Positions 20,320 to 29,172 of a stretch of DNA of 51,015 nt are shown one piece after another. The stretch is taken from contig JBGTHM010000035.1 in NCBI GenBank assembly GCA_041746255.1, forward strand, positions 1 through 51,015, read 5' to 3'. This DNA comes from Fibrobacteria bacterium (GTDB lineage Bacteria; Fibrobacterota; Fibrobacteria; UBA11236). Both the position numbers and the translations under genes were made by a program. The notes beneath the pieces were generated by a model. It did no database searches. It worked only from the letters and a program-made list of their open reading frames with translations, and had not been told where the DNA came from. Numbering within the stretch: the stretch's first letter is position 1; every line of letters starts with the position of its first letter.

Positions 20320-22236
20320 CTACAACTTGACGAAATGGAAGGGCTGCCGTCCGGGTAGAGCGGCGAAATAGGAGCCGGAAGGCAAAAAGCGAAGATCATT
20401 CATTGAACCGGCTTGTGCGTGATGAACCTTTTTCCCATCCAAATTATAAATCGTGACTATCGTTTCGGTTCCGATATCTCCGATATGTAAATATCCCAGA
20501 CTAAAATTCATTTCCGCCGGCATGCCCCCGCTCGATAAAAATCGGATCTGGCGGGTAGTGGGCTTCTGAACGGTGGGAATGACATTGTAATAGGGTACGG
20601 TCTTGCCGACACTGCTGGGAGAAATATGGTCACGATACCACTCCCCCGTTGCATTGAGTTTTACGGGATTCATGGAGGTGAATAGCGCGCGACCCGATCC
20701 CGGCACAAAGCTGAAAATCGAGTGGCGCTCGACATATTCCAAACCGTCCATAACCTTCACGATTTGTTGTATGGCCGAATGTGTCTCGGCTTGGGTCACA
20801 TTCCGGCCCCAGGGGCCCCCGAAATTCCATTCCGTAATCCAAATGGGTAATTTATAACGATTCCAGAGATCGGCTAACTTTGTGGCGTAATTCGCCGCAG
20901 GCGATGACTGATATATGTGGACCGCGATAAAATCCAGACGGTGTCCCCGTGACTTAGCCGCTGTAACGAAAGTATCGAGAGCCGCCCAACCGTGCCCATT
21001 GTCGGTGTAGGCGGGGCTCCCGGTTCGCAATCCGAAGCGAAGGTACTGGGGCAGCGAGTCGATCGCTTTCTTCATGGGCGTGTCGCCCTGGTTGGCGCTC
21101 TCGGGCTCGTTGAGATAGAGTAAATGGGGGTTCGATTGTTGCGTAACATCGGACCAATTCGCGTCGCTGCGATTCCATTCATAGGGACGGCTTCCCTTAA
21201 TCATATGGACGAATTCTCTGTCCGTACCGGACCAACCCTTGATTTCCCACTCGTAATACCAGTCCGCTTCCAAGGCGTTTACCAAATCGTTTCTGTTGAC
21301 GAAACAAGCGCCCTTTTTGGAGACATATCTCCAGCGAACCAGACGTATGGAGGAAACTTGCGCCTCAAGATTCGCAGGCAGGCGGTTCACAACCAAGTCA
21401 TCGTCGACGGCCATGTAAACGGCACTGTTACCGCCACCATTATCGTCGGCACTGAAGGTGGCCATCCAACCTTTTTTCAGTCGAAAGGAACGTGCCGCAT
21501 CGTTCCAGCTACCGAGCTCCTGGGAATAGGACCATTTAGAGGAAATGTCCAGACTTTCACCCGTCGAGTTCTGTTGCCGGTAAAGTGTAAGCGGGGCGGC
21601 GGGTGTTGCCGTAATAGCCGCGCCCTGATTGTATTGGTAAAGATCGGCATTTTTACCGTTGCCGCTCAATACCAGCGGTTTTCCGTTGATAAGAATTTGA
21701 GCCAGCAAAGCTTCGGGAATTTTGGAGGGTTTGATATGGATGAAATAAATCCAACTGTCTTCGGATTGTAAATCCACCATACTGCCATCGAGAGTACGCG
21801 CCTGCCCGTAAAGATAAAGATGAGACTTCCCCCGCAGCGTGGCCTTGGTATTGTGAATAAAGGAGGAATATAAATTCGCCCCAGCCAAAACCAGCGAGTC
21901 AGCGCCTCCCTTCATGGCGATACCGGCGTTTTGAGAAATGTCCATCAGCATGGAAGAAGCCGTTATTTTTAAGCCTCCCTGATGCAAGGCAATGGTTGCC
22001 CGTACTCCCTGGTTTCCGCCGATTTGCACCTGACTATTCGCAATGTGCAAACTCCCTTGAATCGGACCGGCCGCATTCAGATAACCGGCATCCAGGACTT
22101 GGCCTGTTGCCGTATTCACCCAATTCTTGTTGTTATAGAATTCGTTGGAAACGGGTTGGGCGCTCCAATGTAAATCTTGTCCTATGGCCGCCTGTAAGGC
22201 GCATAAAAAGGCTACAGCGAATCCCTTGTTTTTCAT
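20320..22236 (-). CDS. Secreted GH128-like (clan GH-A) glycosyl hydrolase with crystallin-like domain and sorting-like C-terminus
   Basis: Start MKNKGF with RBS AGAGGAG. WYYEW, LYLNEPE (acid/base), DFIAVHIY, PIWITEWN (nucleophile) and WNDAARSFRLKKGW. C-terminal IYNLDGK...LPSGSYF. Confidence 0.75.
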   Translation of the reverse strand: MKNKGFAVAFLCALQAAIGQDLHWSAQPVSNEFYNNKNWVNTATGQVLDAGYLNAAGPIQGSLHIANSQVQIGGNQGVRATIALHQGGLKITASSMLMDISQNAGIAMKGGADSLVLAGANLYSSFIHNTKATLRGKSHLYLYGQARTLDGSMVDLQSEDSWIYFIHIKPSKIPEALLAQILINGKPLVLSGNGKNADLYQYNQGAAITATPAAPLTLYRQQNSTGESLDISSKWSYSQELGSWNDAARSFRLKKGWMATFSADDNGGGNSAVYMAVDDDLVVNRLPANLEAQVSSIRLVRWRYVSKKGACFVNRNDLVNALEADWYYEWEIKGWSGTDREFVHMIKGSRPYEWNRSDANWSDVTQQSNPHLLYLNEPESANQGDTPMKKAIDSLPQYLRFGLRTGSPAYTDNGHGWAALDTFVTAAKSRGHRLDFIAVHIYQSSPAANYATKLADLWNRYKLPIWITEWNFGGPWGRNVTQAETHSAIQQIVKVMDGLEYVERHSIFSFVPGSGRALFTSMNPVKLNATGEWYRDHISPSSVGKTVPYYNVIPTVQKPTTRQIRFLSSGGMPAEMNFSLGYLHIGDIGTETIVTIYNLDGKKVHHAQAGSMNDLRFLPSGSYFAALPGRQPFHFVKL

Positions 22237-22251
22237 CGCTTCTCCTCTAAG

Positions 22252-22307
22252 CGGCTCAGGTACCGTATTCCGCATGATACGTATGCATGGCGGCAAGCAA
22301 ATCTTTC
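22252..22307. repeat. pyrE 3' end: right copy of the direct repeat
   Basis: Matches 15753..15808 at an offset of 6499 bp. Confidence 0.85.
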
Positions 22308-22936
22308 CGATTGATTCCCGTCTTGGCCAAGGAGGCGTCTCCGGATCCGGATTCCAAATAAGCGACCAGGTCGAGAAACGATACGATGGCCGTGGTTTTC
22401 AAGCCAAATTCCCCGCGCAATTCCTCCAAGGCATTTTTACCTCCCGGGCCCTTTTCCATGCGGTCCACCGAAACCACCAATCCGATGACTTTGGCGCCGA
22501 CCTGCTTATGGATTAAGGGAACACTTTCACGCACCGAAGTTCCCGCCGTGGTGACGTCTTCGATAAGCACCACCCGGGTCGGCGCATCGTATGGGTAGCC
22601 TACCAGCACCCCCCCTTCACCGTGCTCTTTGGATTCCTTGCGATTAAAAGTATAAGTGACCTCATGTCCCCGACCGCTCAGGGCAATGGAGGCCGTAACC
22701 GCCAGGGGAATGCCTTTATAGGCCGGGCCGAAAAGATTGTCGAAGTCGCGCCCGAAATCCCGTTCCAGCGTCGCGGCATAGAATTCGCCCAGCCGGCGCA
22801 TTTGCGCTCCGGTTACATAATGACCCGTATTGATGAAGTAAGGCGACTGACGCCCACTTTTGGTGGTGAAGCGTCCAAATTTAAGTACGCCGCATTCCAG
22901 CATGAAATCGATGAAATCTTTTTGATGGCTTTGCAT
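22256..22936 (-). CDS. pyrE: Orotate phosphoribosyltransferase
   Basis: FTTKSGRQSPYF, FGPAYKGIPL, NRKESKEHGEGG and IEDVTTAGTS; likely start MQSHQK. Confidence 0.96.
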   Translation of the reverse strand: MQSHQKDFIDFMLECGVLKFGRFTTKSGRQSPYFINTGHYVTGAQMRRLGEFYAATLERDFGRDFDNLFGPAYKGIPLAVTASIALSGRGHEVTYTFNRKESKEHGEGGVLVGYPYDAPTRVVLIEDVTTAGTSVRESVPLIHKQVGAKVIGLVVSVDRMEKGPGGKNALEELRGEFGLKTTAIVSFLDLVAYLESGSGDASLAKTGINRKDLLAAMHTYHAEYGT

Positions 22937-23142
22937 GGCGTTTCCCTGTGAAGGCATTAATAAATAGCAAAAGGCGCCCACGCTTCCGTCCAGTCCCTCC
23001 GGCAACCCCCAAATAAAAAAGTGTGCACTACAAAAAACGATTTCTTTCTAATGGTCCGTTACGAACGGATATTGGAGCTATTTGGGCTAAACTGGAATCG
23101 CACTTTTGTTATTTTGACCCTTCAGCCTTACCCGGAGCCGAA

Positions 23143-25002
23143 ATGTCCAACCCCTCCCCCCTTCCTGCGTCCAAAACCTCGTTGCTGGATGAGTTGAATC
23201 AGAACTACCTGTCCATCCATCGAAGCAAAGAAGAGGCCTTTTGGCGGGATAAAATGGATTTGCAAAGCAAAAAGCCGGGCGAATTCGAGGAAAAGGAAAT
23301 CGCTTTTCAACGCTTCGTCTCCGACACCTCTCTCCCGCCCAAAATCCGGCGGGAATTGGAGCGGACGGATTTGGATGCGCGCGAGCGCGAGGGTCTGGAA
23401 GGATGGCGTCGTTTCTACGAAGTCAACGCCATGGAAAATCCCGAGGCGCAGCGGCTGCAAGATCATATCGTGGGCCTGGAAGGCAAGCTCGCCGAAGCCC
23501 GCCAACGCATGCCGCTGGGCTATACCGATCCCCAAAGCGGCGCCCATGTCCCCGCCAGCTCCATCCGGCTGGGGCTGCTGCTGCGCACCTCGGCGGAAGA
23601 ACCGCTGCGTCAAGCCGCCCATCAAGGTCTGCAAAGCATTGAAAGACATGTGCTGGAAAACGGCTTCCTCGAAATCGTCAAGGAAAGAAATCGTCTGGGC
23701 CGTATGCTGGGCTATGAAGACTATTACGACTATAAAGTGAGCCGCAACGAAGGCTTCTCCAAACAAAAACTATTCTCGGTGCTCACCGATCTCGCCGAAC
23801 ATACCCGCGACGCTTGCCGTTCGGCCTTGGGCGCGCTCGAAAAAAAACACGGACCGGGCGCCCGCAGGGGTTTCAATGTCCCCTACTTCATCTCCGGCGA
23901 TCTCACCGCGCAATTGGATCCCTATTTCGACTTTGCGGCCTCGCTGGGGCGCTGGGGCCAATCGTTTACGGCGCTCGGAATTCGCTATAATAATGCCCGG
24001 CTCACCCTGGACCTGCTCGACCGCAAGGGCAAATACGAAAATGGTTTCATGCACGGACCCGTTCCCGCCTATCAAAAAAACGGCGACTTTCTTCCCGCAT
24101 CCATCAACTTCACCGCCAACGCCATACCGGGCCAAATCGGCAGCGGGCATCGCGCCCTCGAAACCCTGTTCCACGAAGGGGGACATGCCGCCCATTTCAG
24201 CAATATCCGCATGCCCGCCCCCTGTTTCTCCCAGGAATACGCTCCCACCTCGGTGGCCTTCGCCGAAACCCAGTCCATGTTCCTCGACAGCTTTATCGAA
24301 GACGCCGACTGGATGGTGCGTTATGCCAAGGACAAAAACGGCAGCAGCATTCCCCAGGAACTGATCTTCAAGAACATCGAATCCAAACACCCCTACCTCG
24401 CCTTGCAAGTGCGCGGCATGCTCACGGTTTGTTTCGTGGAGAAGGCCCTCTACGAAATGCCCGAAACCGAACTCACACCCGACAACGTGTTACGGACCAT
24501 CCGCGAAATCGAAAAAGACATGCAATTTTTGGAAGAAGGCACGCGCCCCGTCCTCAGCGTCCCGCATCTTTTATCGGGAGAATCTTCCGCGTATTATCAC
24601 GGTTACGTCTTGGCGCAAATGGCGGTACACCAAACCCGGCGTTTCTTTCTCCGCCGCGATGGTCACTTGGTGGATAACCCCGCCATCGGTCGCGACCTGG
24701 CGAAACATTATTGGAAACCCGGCAATTCGCGCACCTTCTTCGAATTCATTGAAGCGCTAACCGGCGAAGCCTTTTCCGCCGAGGCCATCGTGGCGGACAT
24801 CAGCCGCCCTCTAGCCGAGGTTTTACGTCAGGCCGAAGCGGCCGTGGCCTTCGAAAAGGAAATCCCCCATCTGAAAGGTCCCGTAGACCTGGATGCCCGC
24901 ATTCGCATCGTACACGGCGACGAGATTATCGCCGAAAACGACAAAGGCGACCCGTTTGCGGAGATGGAACGCCGTTTCGCGGTTTGGATTGCCGCAAAAT
25001 AG
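23143..25002 (+). CDS. M3-family zinc metallopeptidase (oligopeptidase-like)
   Basis: LDLLDRKGKY, TLFHEGGHAAH (HExxH), AETQSMF and YYHGY; likely start MSNPSP. Confidence 0.85.
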   Translation: MSNPSPLPASKTSLLDELNQNYLSIHRSKEEAFWRDKMDLQSKKPGEFEEKEIAFQRFVSDTSLPPKIRRELERTDLDAREREGLEGWRRFYEVNAMENPEAQRLQDHIVGLEGKLAEARQRMPLGYTDPQSGAHVPASSIRLGLLLRTSAEEPLRQAAHQGLQSIERHVLENGFLEIVKERNRLGRMLGYEDYYDYKVSRNEGFSKQKLFSVLTDLAEHTRDACRSALGALEKKHGPGARRGFNVPYFISGDLTAQLDPYFDFAASLGRWGQSFTALGIRYNNARLTLDLLDRKGKYENGFMHGPVPAYQKNGDFLPASINFTANAIPGQIGSGHRALETLFHEGGHAAHFSNIRMPAPCFSQEYAPTSVAFAETQSMFLDSFIEDADWMVRYAKDKNGSSIPQELIFKNIESKHPYLALQVRGMLTVCFVEKALYEMPETELTPDNVLRTIREIEKDMQFLEEGTRPVLSVPHLLSGESSAYYHGYVLAQMAVHQTRRFFLRRDGHLVDNPAIGRDLAKHYWKPGNSRTFFEFIEALTGEAFSAEAIVADISRPLAEVLRQAEAAVAFEKEIPHLKGPVDLDARIRIVHGDEIIAENDKGDPFAEMERRFAVWIAAK

Positions 25003-25110
25003 GCATTTTTCTAAGATATCCCCTGAATTCACGGCCTGTCTCGGCCGATGTCAAACTCTTTTTCCAAGCGTTAATCGGGACCTGGATCCGGGCGTCAAGC
25101 GAGGTGTTTC

Positions 25111-27357
25111 ATGGCGAATATCAATATTAAAAGCTTATACGAGAAACTGGACGAGAAGCATTCGCACGCCCGTAAGGTGTTGGGGCACCCTCTGACGCTG
25201 GCCGAAAAAATCATCTGGTCCCACCTTGACGATCCCAAACAGGGCAAACTCGAACGGGGTAAATCCTTCGTACTACTTAGACCCGATCGAGTGGCCATGC
25301 AGGATGCCACCGCCCAGATGGCCATTTTGCAATTCATGCAGGCCCGCAAGGCCAAGGTCGCGGTGCCTACTACCGTGCATTGCGATCACCTTATTATCGC
25401 GCATAAAGGCGCGTCTTTCGACGTGCAAATCGCCAACCACGAGAATAAAGAAGTCTTCGACTTTCTCAGCTCCGCTTCGCAAAAATACGGAATGGGTTTT
25501 TGGAAGCCCGGCTCCGGAATCATCCACCAGGTGGTTTTGGAAAATTACGCCTTTCCCGGCGGCATGATGATAGGCACCGACTCGCATACGCCCAACGCGG
25601 GCGGGCTCGGCATGGCGGCCATCGGCGTGGGCGGCTCCGACGCCGTCGACGTCATGGTGGGCATGCCCTGGGAAGTGCTCTATCCCCGCGTCGTAGGCGT
25701 ACGCTTGATAGGTAAACTCAGCGGCTGGACTTCGGGCAAAGACATCATCCTTAAAATGCTGGAACTGTTGACCGTCAAAGGCGGCACCAACAAAATCGTG
25801 GAATATTTCGGCCCAGGCGTCGAAAGCCTGTCCTGCACCGCGCAGGCCACCGTCACCAACATGGGCGCCGAATTGGGAGCCACCTGCTCCATCTTCGCCT
25901 ACCATAAAGCCATGGGCGACTACCTGGCCGCCACCCGTCGTCAAGACGCGGCCGACCTCGCGGAAAAGTATGCCGACCGATTGCGGCCCGATCCCGAAGT
26001 GATGGCCGACCCGGGAAAATATTACGACGAGGTTATCGAAATCGATCTCGACAAATTGGAGCCGTATATCGTCGGACCGCACACTCCCGACAAAGCCCGT
26101 CCCATCTCCGCCTTCGCGGCCGAAATCGAAAAGGAAGGCTATCCGGAACATCTCTCCGCGGCGCTAATCGGCTCGTGCACCAACTCCTCGTACGAAGACA
26201 TCGGCCGCGCCGCCGACGTGGCGCGTCAGGGCATGAAACATGGAGTGAAAGCCGCCACGCATTTTTACGTCAGCCCGGGTTCCGAACAGGTATTCGACAC
26301 CACCAAGCGCGACCATTTCCTCGACAACCTGGGCGACATGGGCGCGGTCGTGATGGCCAACGCCTGCGGCCCCTGCATCGGACAGTGGAAACGCGAAGAC
26401 ATCCTACCCGGCTCGCACAACTCCATTATCACTTCCTTCAACCGTAACTTCCGCGGGCGCAACGACGGCAACGCCGAAACCCTGTCCTTCATCGGCTCGC
26501 CGGAACTGGTCACGGCCATGGCCTTGGCGGGAAGCCTTAAGTTCAATCCCCTTACCGACGAACTCAAGGGCCAGGGCGGGGAGCCCTTCAAACTGAAAGC
26601 GCCCGTAGGCGACGCCCTTCCGAAAAACGGCTTCGCTTTCAACGACGGAGGCTTCGTGGCTCCCGCCGAGGACGGCGCGAAGGTAGAGGTCATCGTCAAG
26701 CCCGATAGCGAGAGGCTGCAAGTCTTGGACCCCTTCACCCCCTGGCATGGCGAGGATTACATTGCCATGTTGGTGCTGGCCAAAACCGCCGGAAAATGCA
26801 CGACCGACCATATATCGCCGGCGGGAAAATGGCTGCGCTTCCGCGGCCACCTCGATCGCATTTCCGACAACATGCTGCTGGGCGCCACCAATGCCTTTGG
26901 TGATGAAATCGGCAAGGGACGAAACGCCCTCACGGGCGAATCCGGCCAGACCTTCTCCGAAATCGCCCGCGCCTATAAGGCCAAGGGCTTCGGCTGGGTG
27001 GTTTTCGGCGAGGAAAATTACGGAGAAGGTTCTTCCCGCGAGCATGCGGCGATGTCTCCCCGCTTTTTGGGCGGGCGCGCCGTCATCACCAAGAGCATGG
27101 CGCGCATTCATGAAACCAATTTGAAAAAGCAGGGGCTGTTGCCGCTTAAATTTGTGGACCCCGCCGATTACGACAAGGTTCGCGAAGACGACAGGGTCTC
27201 CATCACGGGACTGAAGGAATTCGCTCCGGGTGCGAATCTGGAAGTAATACTGCGGCATGCCGACGGCACGCGCGATACTTTTGAAGTCAGCCACACCTTC
27301 AATCAAGAACAGATTGAATGGTTTAAGGCCGGCAGCGCTTTGAATTTGATGAAATAG
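25111..27357 (+). CDS. Aconitate hydratase (mitochondrial-like subfamily)
   Basis: [55 protein letters not shown] and [12 protein letters not shown]. Confidence 0.96.
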   Translation: MANINIKSLYEKLDEKHSHARKVLGHPLTLAEKIIWSHLDDPKQGKLERGKSFVLLRPDRVAMQDATAQMAILQFMQARKAKVAVPTTVHCDHLIIAHKGASFDVQIANHENKEVFDFLSSASQKYGMGFWKPGSGIIHQVVLENYAFPGGMMIGTDSHTPNAGGLGMAAIGVGGSDAVDVMVGMPWEVLYPRVVGVRLIGKLSGWTSGKDIILKMLELLTVKGGTNKIVEYFGPGVESLSCTAQATVTNMGAELGATCSIFAYHKAMGDYLAATRRQDAADLAEKYADRLRPDPEVMADPGKYYDEVIEIDLDKLEPYIVGPHTPDKARPISAFAAEIEKEGYPEHLSAALIGSCTNSSYEDIGRAADVARQGMKHGVKAATHFYVSPGSEQVFDTTKRDHFLDNLGDMGAVVMANACGPCIGQWKREDILPGSHNSIITSFNRNFRGRNDGNAETLSFIGSPELVTAMALAGSLKFNPLTDELKGQGGEPFKLKAPVGDALPKNGFAFNDGGFVAPAEDGAKVEVIVKPDSERLQVLDPFTPWHGEDYIAMLVLAKTAGKCTTDHISPAGKWLRFRGHLDRISDNMLLGATNAFGDEIGKGRNALTGESGQTFSEIARAYKAKGFGWVVFGEENYGEGSSREHAAMSPRFLGGRAVITKSMARIHETNLKKQGLLPLKFVDPADYDKVREDDRVSITGLKEFAPGANLEVILRHADGTRDTFEVSHTFNQEQIEWFKAGSALNLMK

Positions 27358-27374
27358 CCTTTTCCAAAACCCAC

Positions 27375-27407
27375 AAAAAGGCCTGGTTTCACAACCGGGC
27401 CTTTTTT
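27375..27407. terminator. Rho-independent terminator after aconitase (bidirectional-looking)
   Basis: AAAAAGGCCTGGTT-tcac-AACCGGGCCTTTTTT. Confidence 0.85.
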
Positions 27408-27422
27408 AGGCCAATTTTGGAG

Positions 27423-27452
27423 TTGACTAAGTTCATGACTAAGTCTTATATT
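27423..27452 (+). promoter_or_regulatory. Sigma70-like promoter overlapped by TA operator repeats
   Basis: TTGACT-N18-TATATT. TGACTAAGT occurs twice (27424, 27436), and the second copy contains the palindrome GACT-A-AGTC. Confidence 0.65.
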
Positions 27453-27459
27453 AATAGGT

Positions 27460-27717
27460 ATGGAATACGAATTGCCGAAGGAAAGCTATACCAGCTCCGT
27501 TCACGAGGCCAAAACCCATTTATCCAGGCTATTGCAGCGTGTGGAGGCCGGAGAGGAGATCATAATCGCCCGGGGCAACAAACCCGTAGCCAAGCTGGTT
27601 CCCTTGCAGGCCAAACGCCAACCTCGGATTCCCGGCAGGGACCGGGGTAAAATCTGGATTGCGGAGGATTTCGATGGTCCCCTGCCCGAAGATTTACAGG
27701 CGGAATTTGAAAAATGA
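27460..27717 (+). CDS. Type II TA antitoxin, Phd/YefM family
   Basis: VHEAKTHLSRLLQRVEAGEEIIIARGNKPVAKLVP...IAEDFDGPLP. Confidence 0.93.
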   Translation: MEYELPKESYTSSVHEAKTHLSRLLQRVEAGEEIIIARGNKPVAKLVPLQAKRQPRIPGRDRGKIWIAEDFDGPLPEDLQAEFEK

Positions 27718-27724
27718 GCGCAAA

Positions 27725-28120
27725 GTGAAGCTGCTCCTCGATACCCAATGCTGGTTATGGTGGCACGCTGACTCGGCAAGATTGGGCCCGGCGGCAAAGA
27801 GCTTAATTTCAGATTCCGATAACTCTATTTACCTTTCGGTGGCCAGCATTTGGGAAATTGCCATCAAGTTCAGCATCGGCAAATTGGATTTGCCCGAACC
27901 TCCGAAAAATTTTGTCTTGACCCGGCTTTCCGAAGACGATATTACTCCGGTACCCATCACCGCCCTGCACGCCGCCGAAGTGGCAACCTTGCCTCACCTG
28001 CACAGGGATCCCTTCGATCGCCTGATTATCGCTCAAGCCATGGCGATGTCTTACCCCATAATGACTTCCGATTCCCAATTCAACCGCTACGCTATCCAAG
28101 TCATTTCGGCAGAGGCTTAA
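27725..28120 (+). CDS. vapC: Type II TA toxin, VapC/PIN domain
   Basis: GTG start; KLLLDT, SVASIWEIAIK, HRDPFDRLIIAQA and MTSD (PIN acidic residues). Confidence 0.92.
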   Translation: MKLLLDTQCWLWWHADSARLGPAAKSLISDSDNSIYLSVASIWEIAIKFSIGKLDLPEPPKNFVLTRLSEDDITPVPITALHAAEVATLPHLHRDPFDRLIIAQAMAMSYPIMTSDSQFNRYAIQVISAEA

Positions 28121-28299
28121 GAGTGTCTAACAGAATGGGGTTCTACTACAGCCGGCTACGAAAGTCCAGGGCGTCGTTCTCGACCTTTCAAACCCATCGA
28201 CGTGGCCTCCAGCCACGCCTTCAGGGTTCTCAAGGCCTCGGGCCTCGCCCTGAACTTCCTCGCTCGCCCTCGCTACAAACCCCATTCTGTTAGACACTC
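28121..28299. mobile_element. MITE (non-autonomous, IS5-family-like ends)
   Basis: Perfect 22-bp terminal inverted repeats GAGTGTCTAACAGAATGGGGTT (28121-28142 / 28278-28299), flanked by TAA on both sides (28118-28120, 28300-28302). No transposase. Confidence 0.88.
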
Positions 28300-28374
28300 T
28301 AAACCGGGGTCGTGCGGTTGTCAGACCTCCCGCATCCACCGCGAAGGCTTCCCCCCGCTGGTAGGAACAGGCCG

Positions 28375-28965
28375 TTACTCGCTCAGGACCAGCAAATCCG
28401 GGTGGGCCTTGCGCTGAATGGCGCCTTCGATATACATGAGGGTGCCGGAGGTGGCGCTGGGGCAGCTTCCGCAAGCGCCTTCGTAATGAATGCGGACCGT
28501 AGAACCATCGATTCCAAGCAACTCCAAACCTCCGCCGTCTCCCGCCAATCCCGGGCGTACCATCACATCGAAGATGCGGTCGATATGCGCCATTTGTCCG
28601 ACTAAGGGAAGCGCGAAAAAATCGGCCGGCGCCTCGATATCCGCTCCGGGAGCCGAGGGGTCCTCGTCCGGTGTGGTCATGGGGGTTAGCTCGGGAGGCT
28701 TCAGGGTCTCTTCCAGGATATCGGCTATGGGCGTTATCAATTCCTCCCAATAACCCTCTTCCGACTTGTTCACCGTTACGGTTGAGCCGACATAAAATAC
28801 GGAAGTCACATTGGGCAAAGCGAACAGCGCCGCCGCGGCGGGATCCGATTGCGCCGAAACGGCATCCGGATAGGAGCGTGATCCCGATGCCACCACATTG
28901 CAATCGATATGAAAGCGAATGGCTAATGGGTTGGGAGTTTCGGAGGTTTTCAAAACTTTAGGCAT
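28375..28965 (-). CDS. NifU/NfuA-like Fe-S cluster carrier (Nfu_N plus NifU C-terminal domain)
   Basis: ETPNPLAIRF N-domain; VRPGLAGDGGGLEL...YEGACGSCPSATSGT. Confidence 0.9.
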   Translation of the reverse strand: MPKVLKTSETPNPLAIRFHIDCNVVASGSRSYPDAVSAQSDPAAAALFALPNVTSVFYVGSTVTVNKSEEGYWEELITPIADILEETLKPPELTPMTTPDEDPSAPGADIEAPADFFALPLVGQMAHIDRIFDVMVRPGLAGDGGGLELLGIDGSTVRIHYEGACGSCPSATSGTLMYIEGAIQRKAHPDLLVLSE

Positions 28966-29172
28966 GTACGACTCGAATCTTGGAAAGACGGAATAAACCT
29001 ATAAAATAATGAGTTCAATCCTTAAGACAAGCCCGTCCCGACGGCGCGGAATAGTCCAAGCAGATCCACCCGCCAACCGCACAATCTCCTGCCCTTTTAA
29101 GTACTTTTTGTCCAATTCTCTTACACCGGCAATTTTCCTTGGAAAGGTGCTACGGATACCGATTAGGCCCCT

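Noticed and set aside
28127..28903. 258-aa minus-strand ORF over the MITE as a possible transposase
   Set aside because: It is an alternative frame of the NfuA-like gene, with no recognisable DDE features.
28986..29020. Possible Rrf2 site upstream of the NfuA-like gene (CCTAT-N6-ATGAG)
   Set aside because: Only one half-site matches the CCTAT-N7-ATAGG palindrome and the spacing differs.
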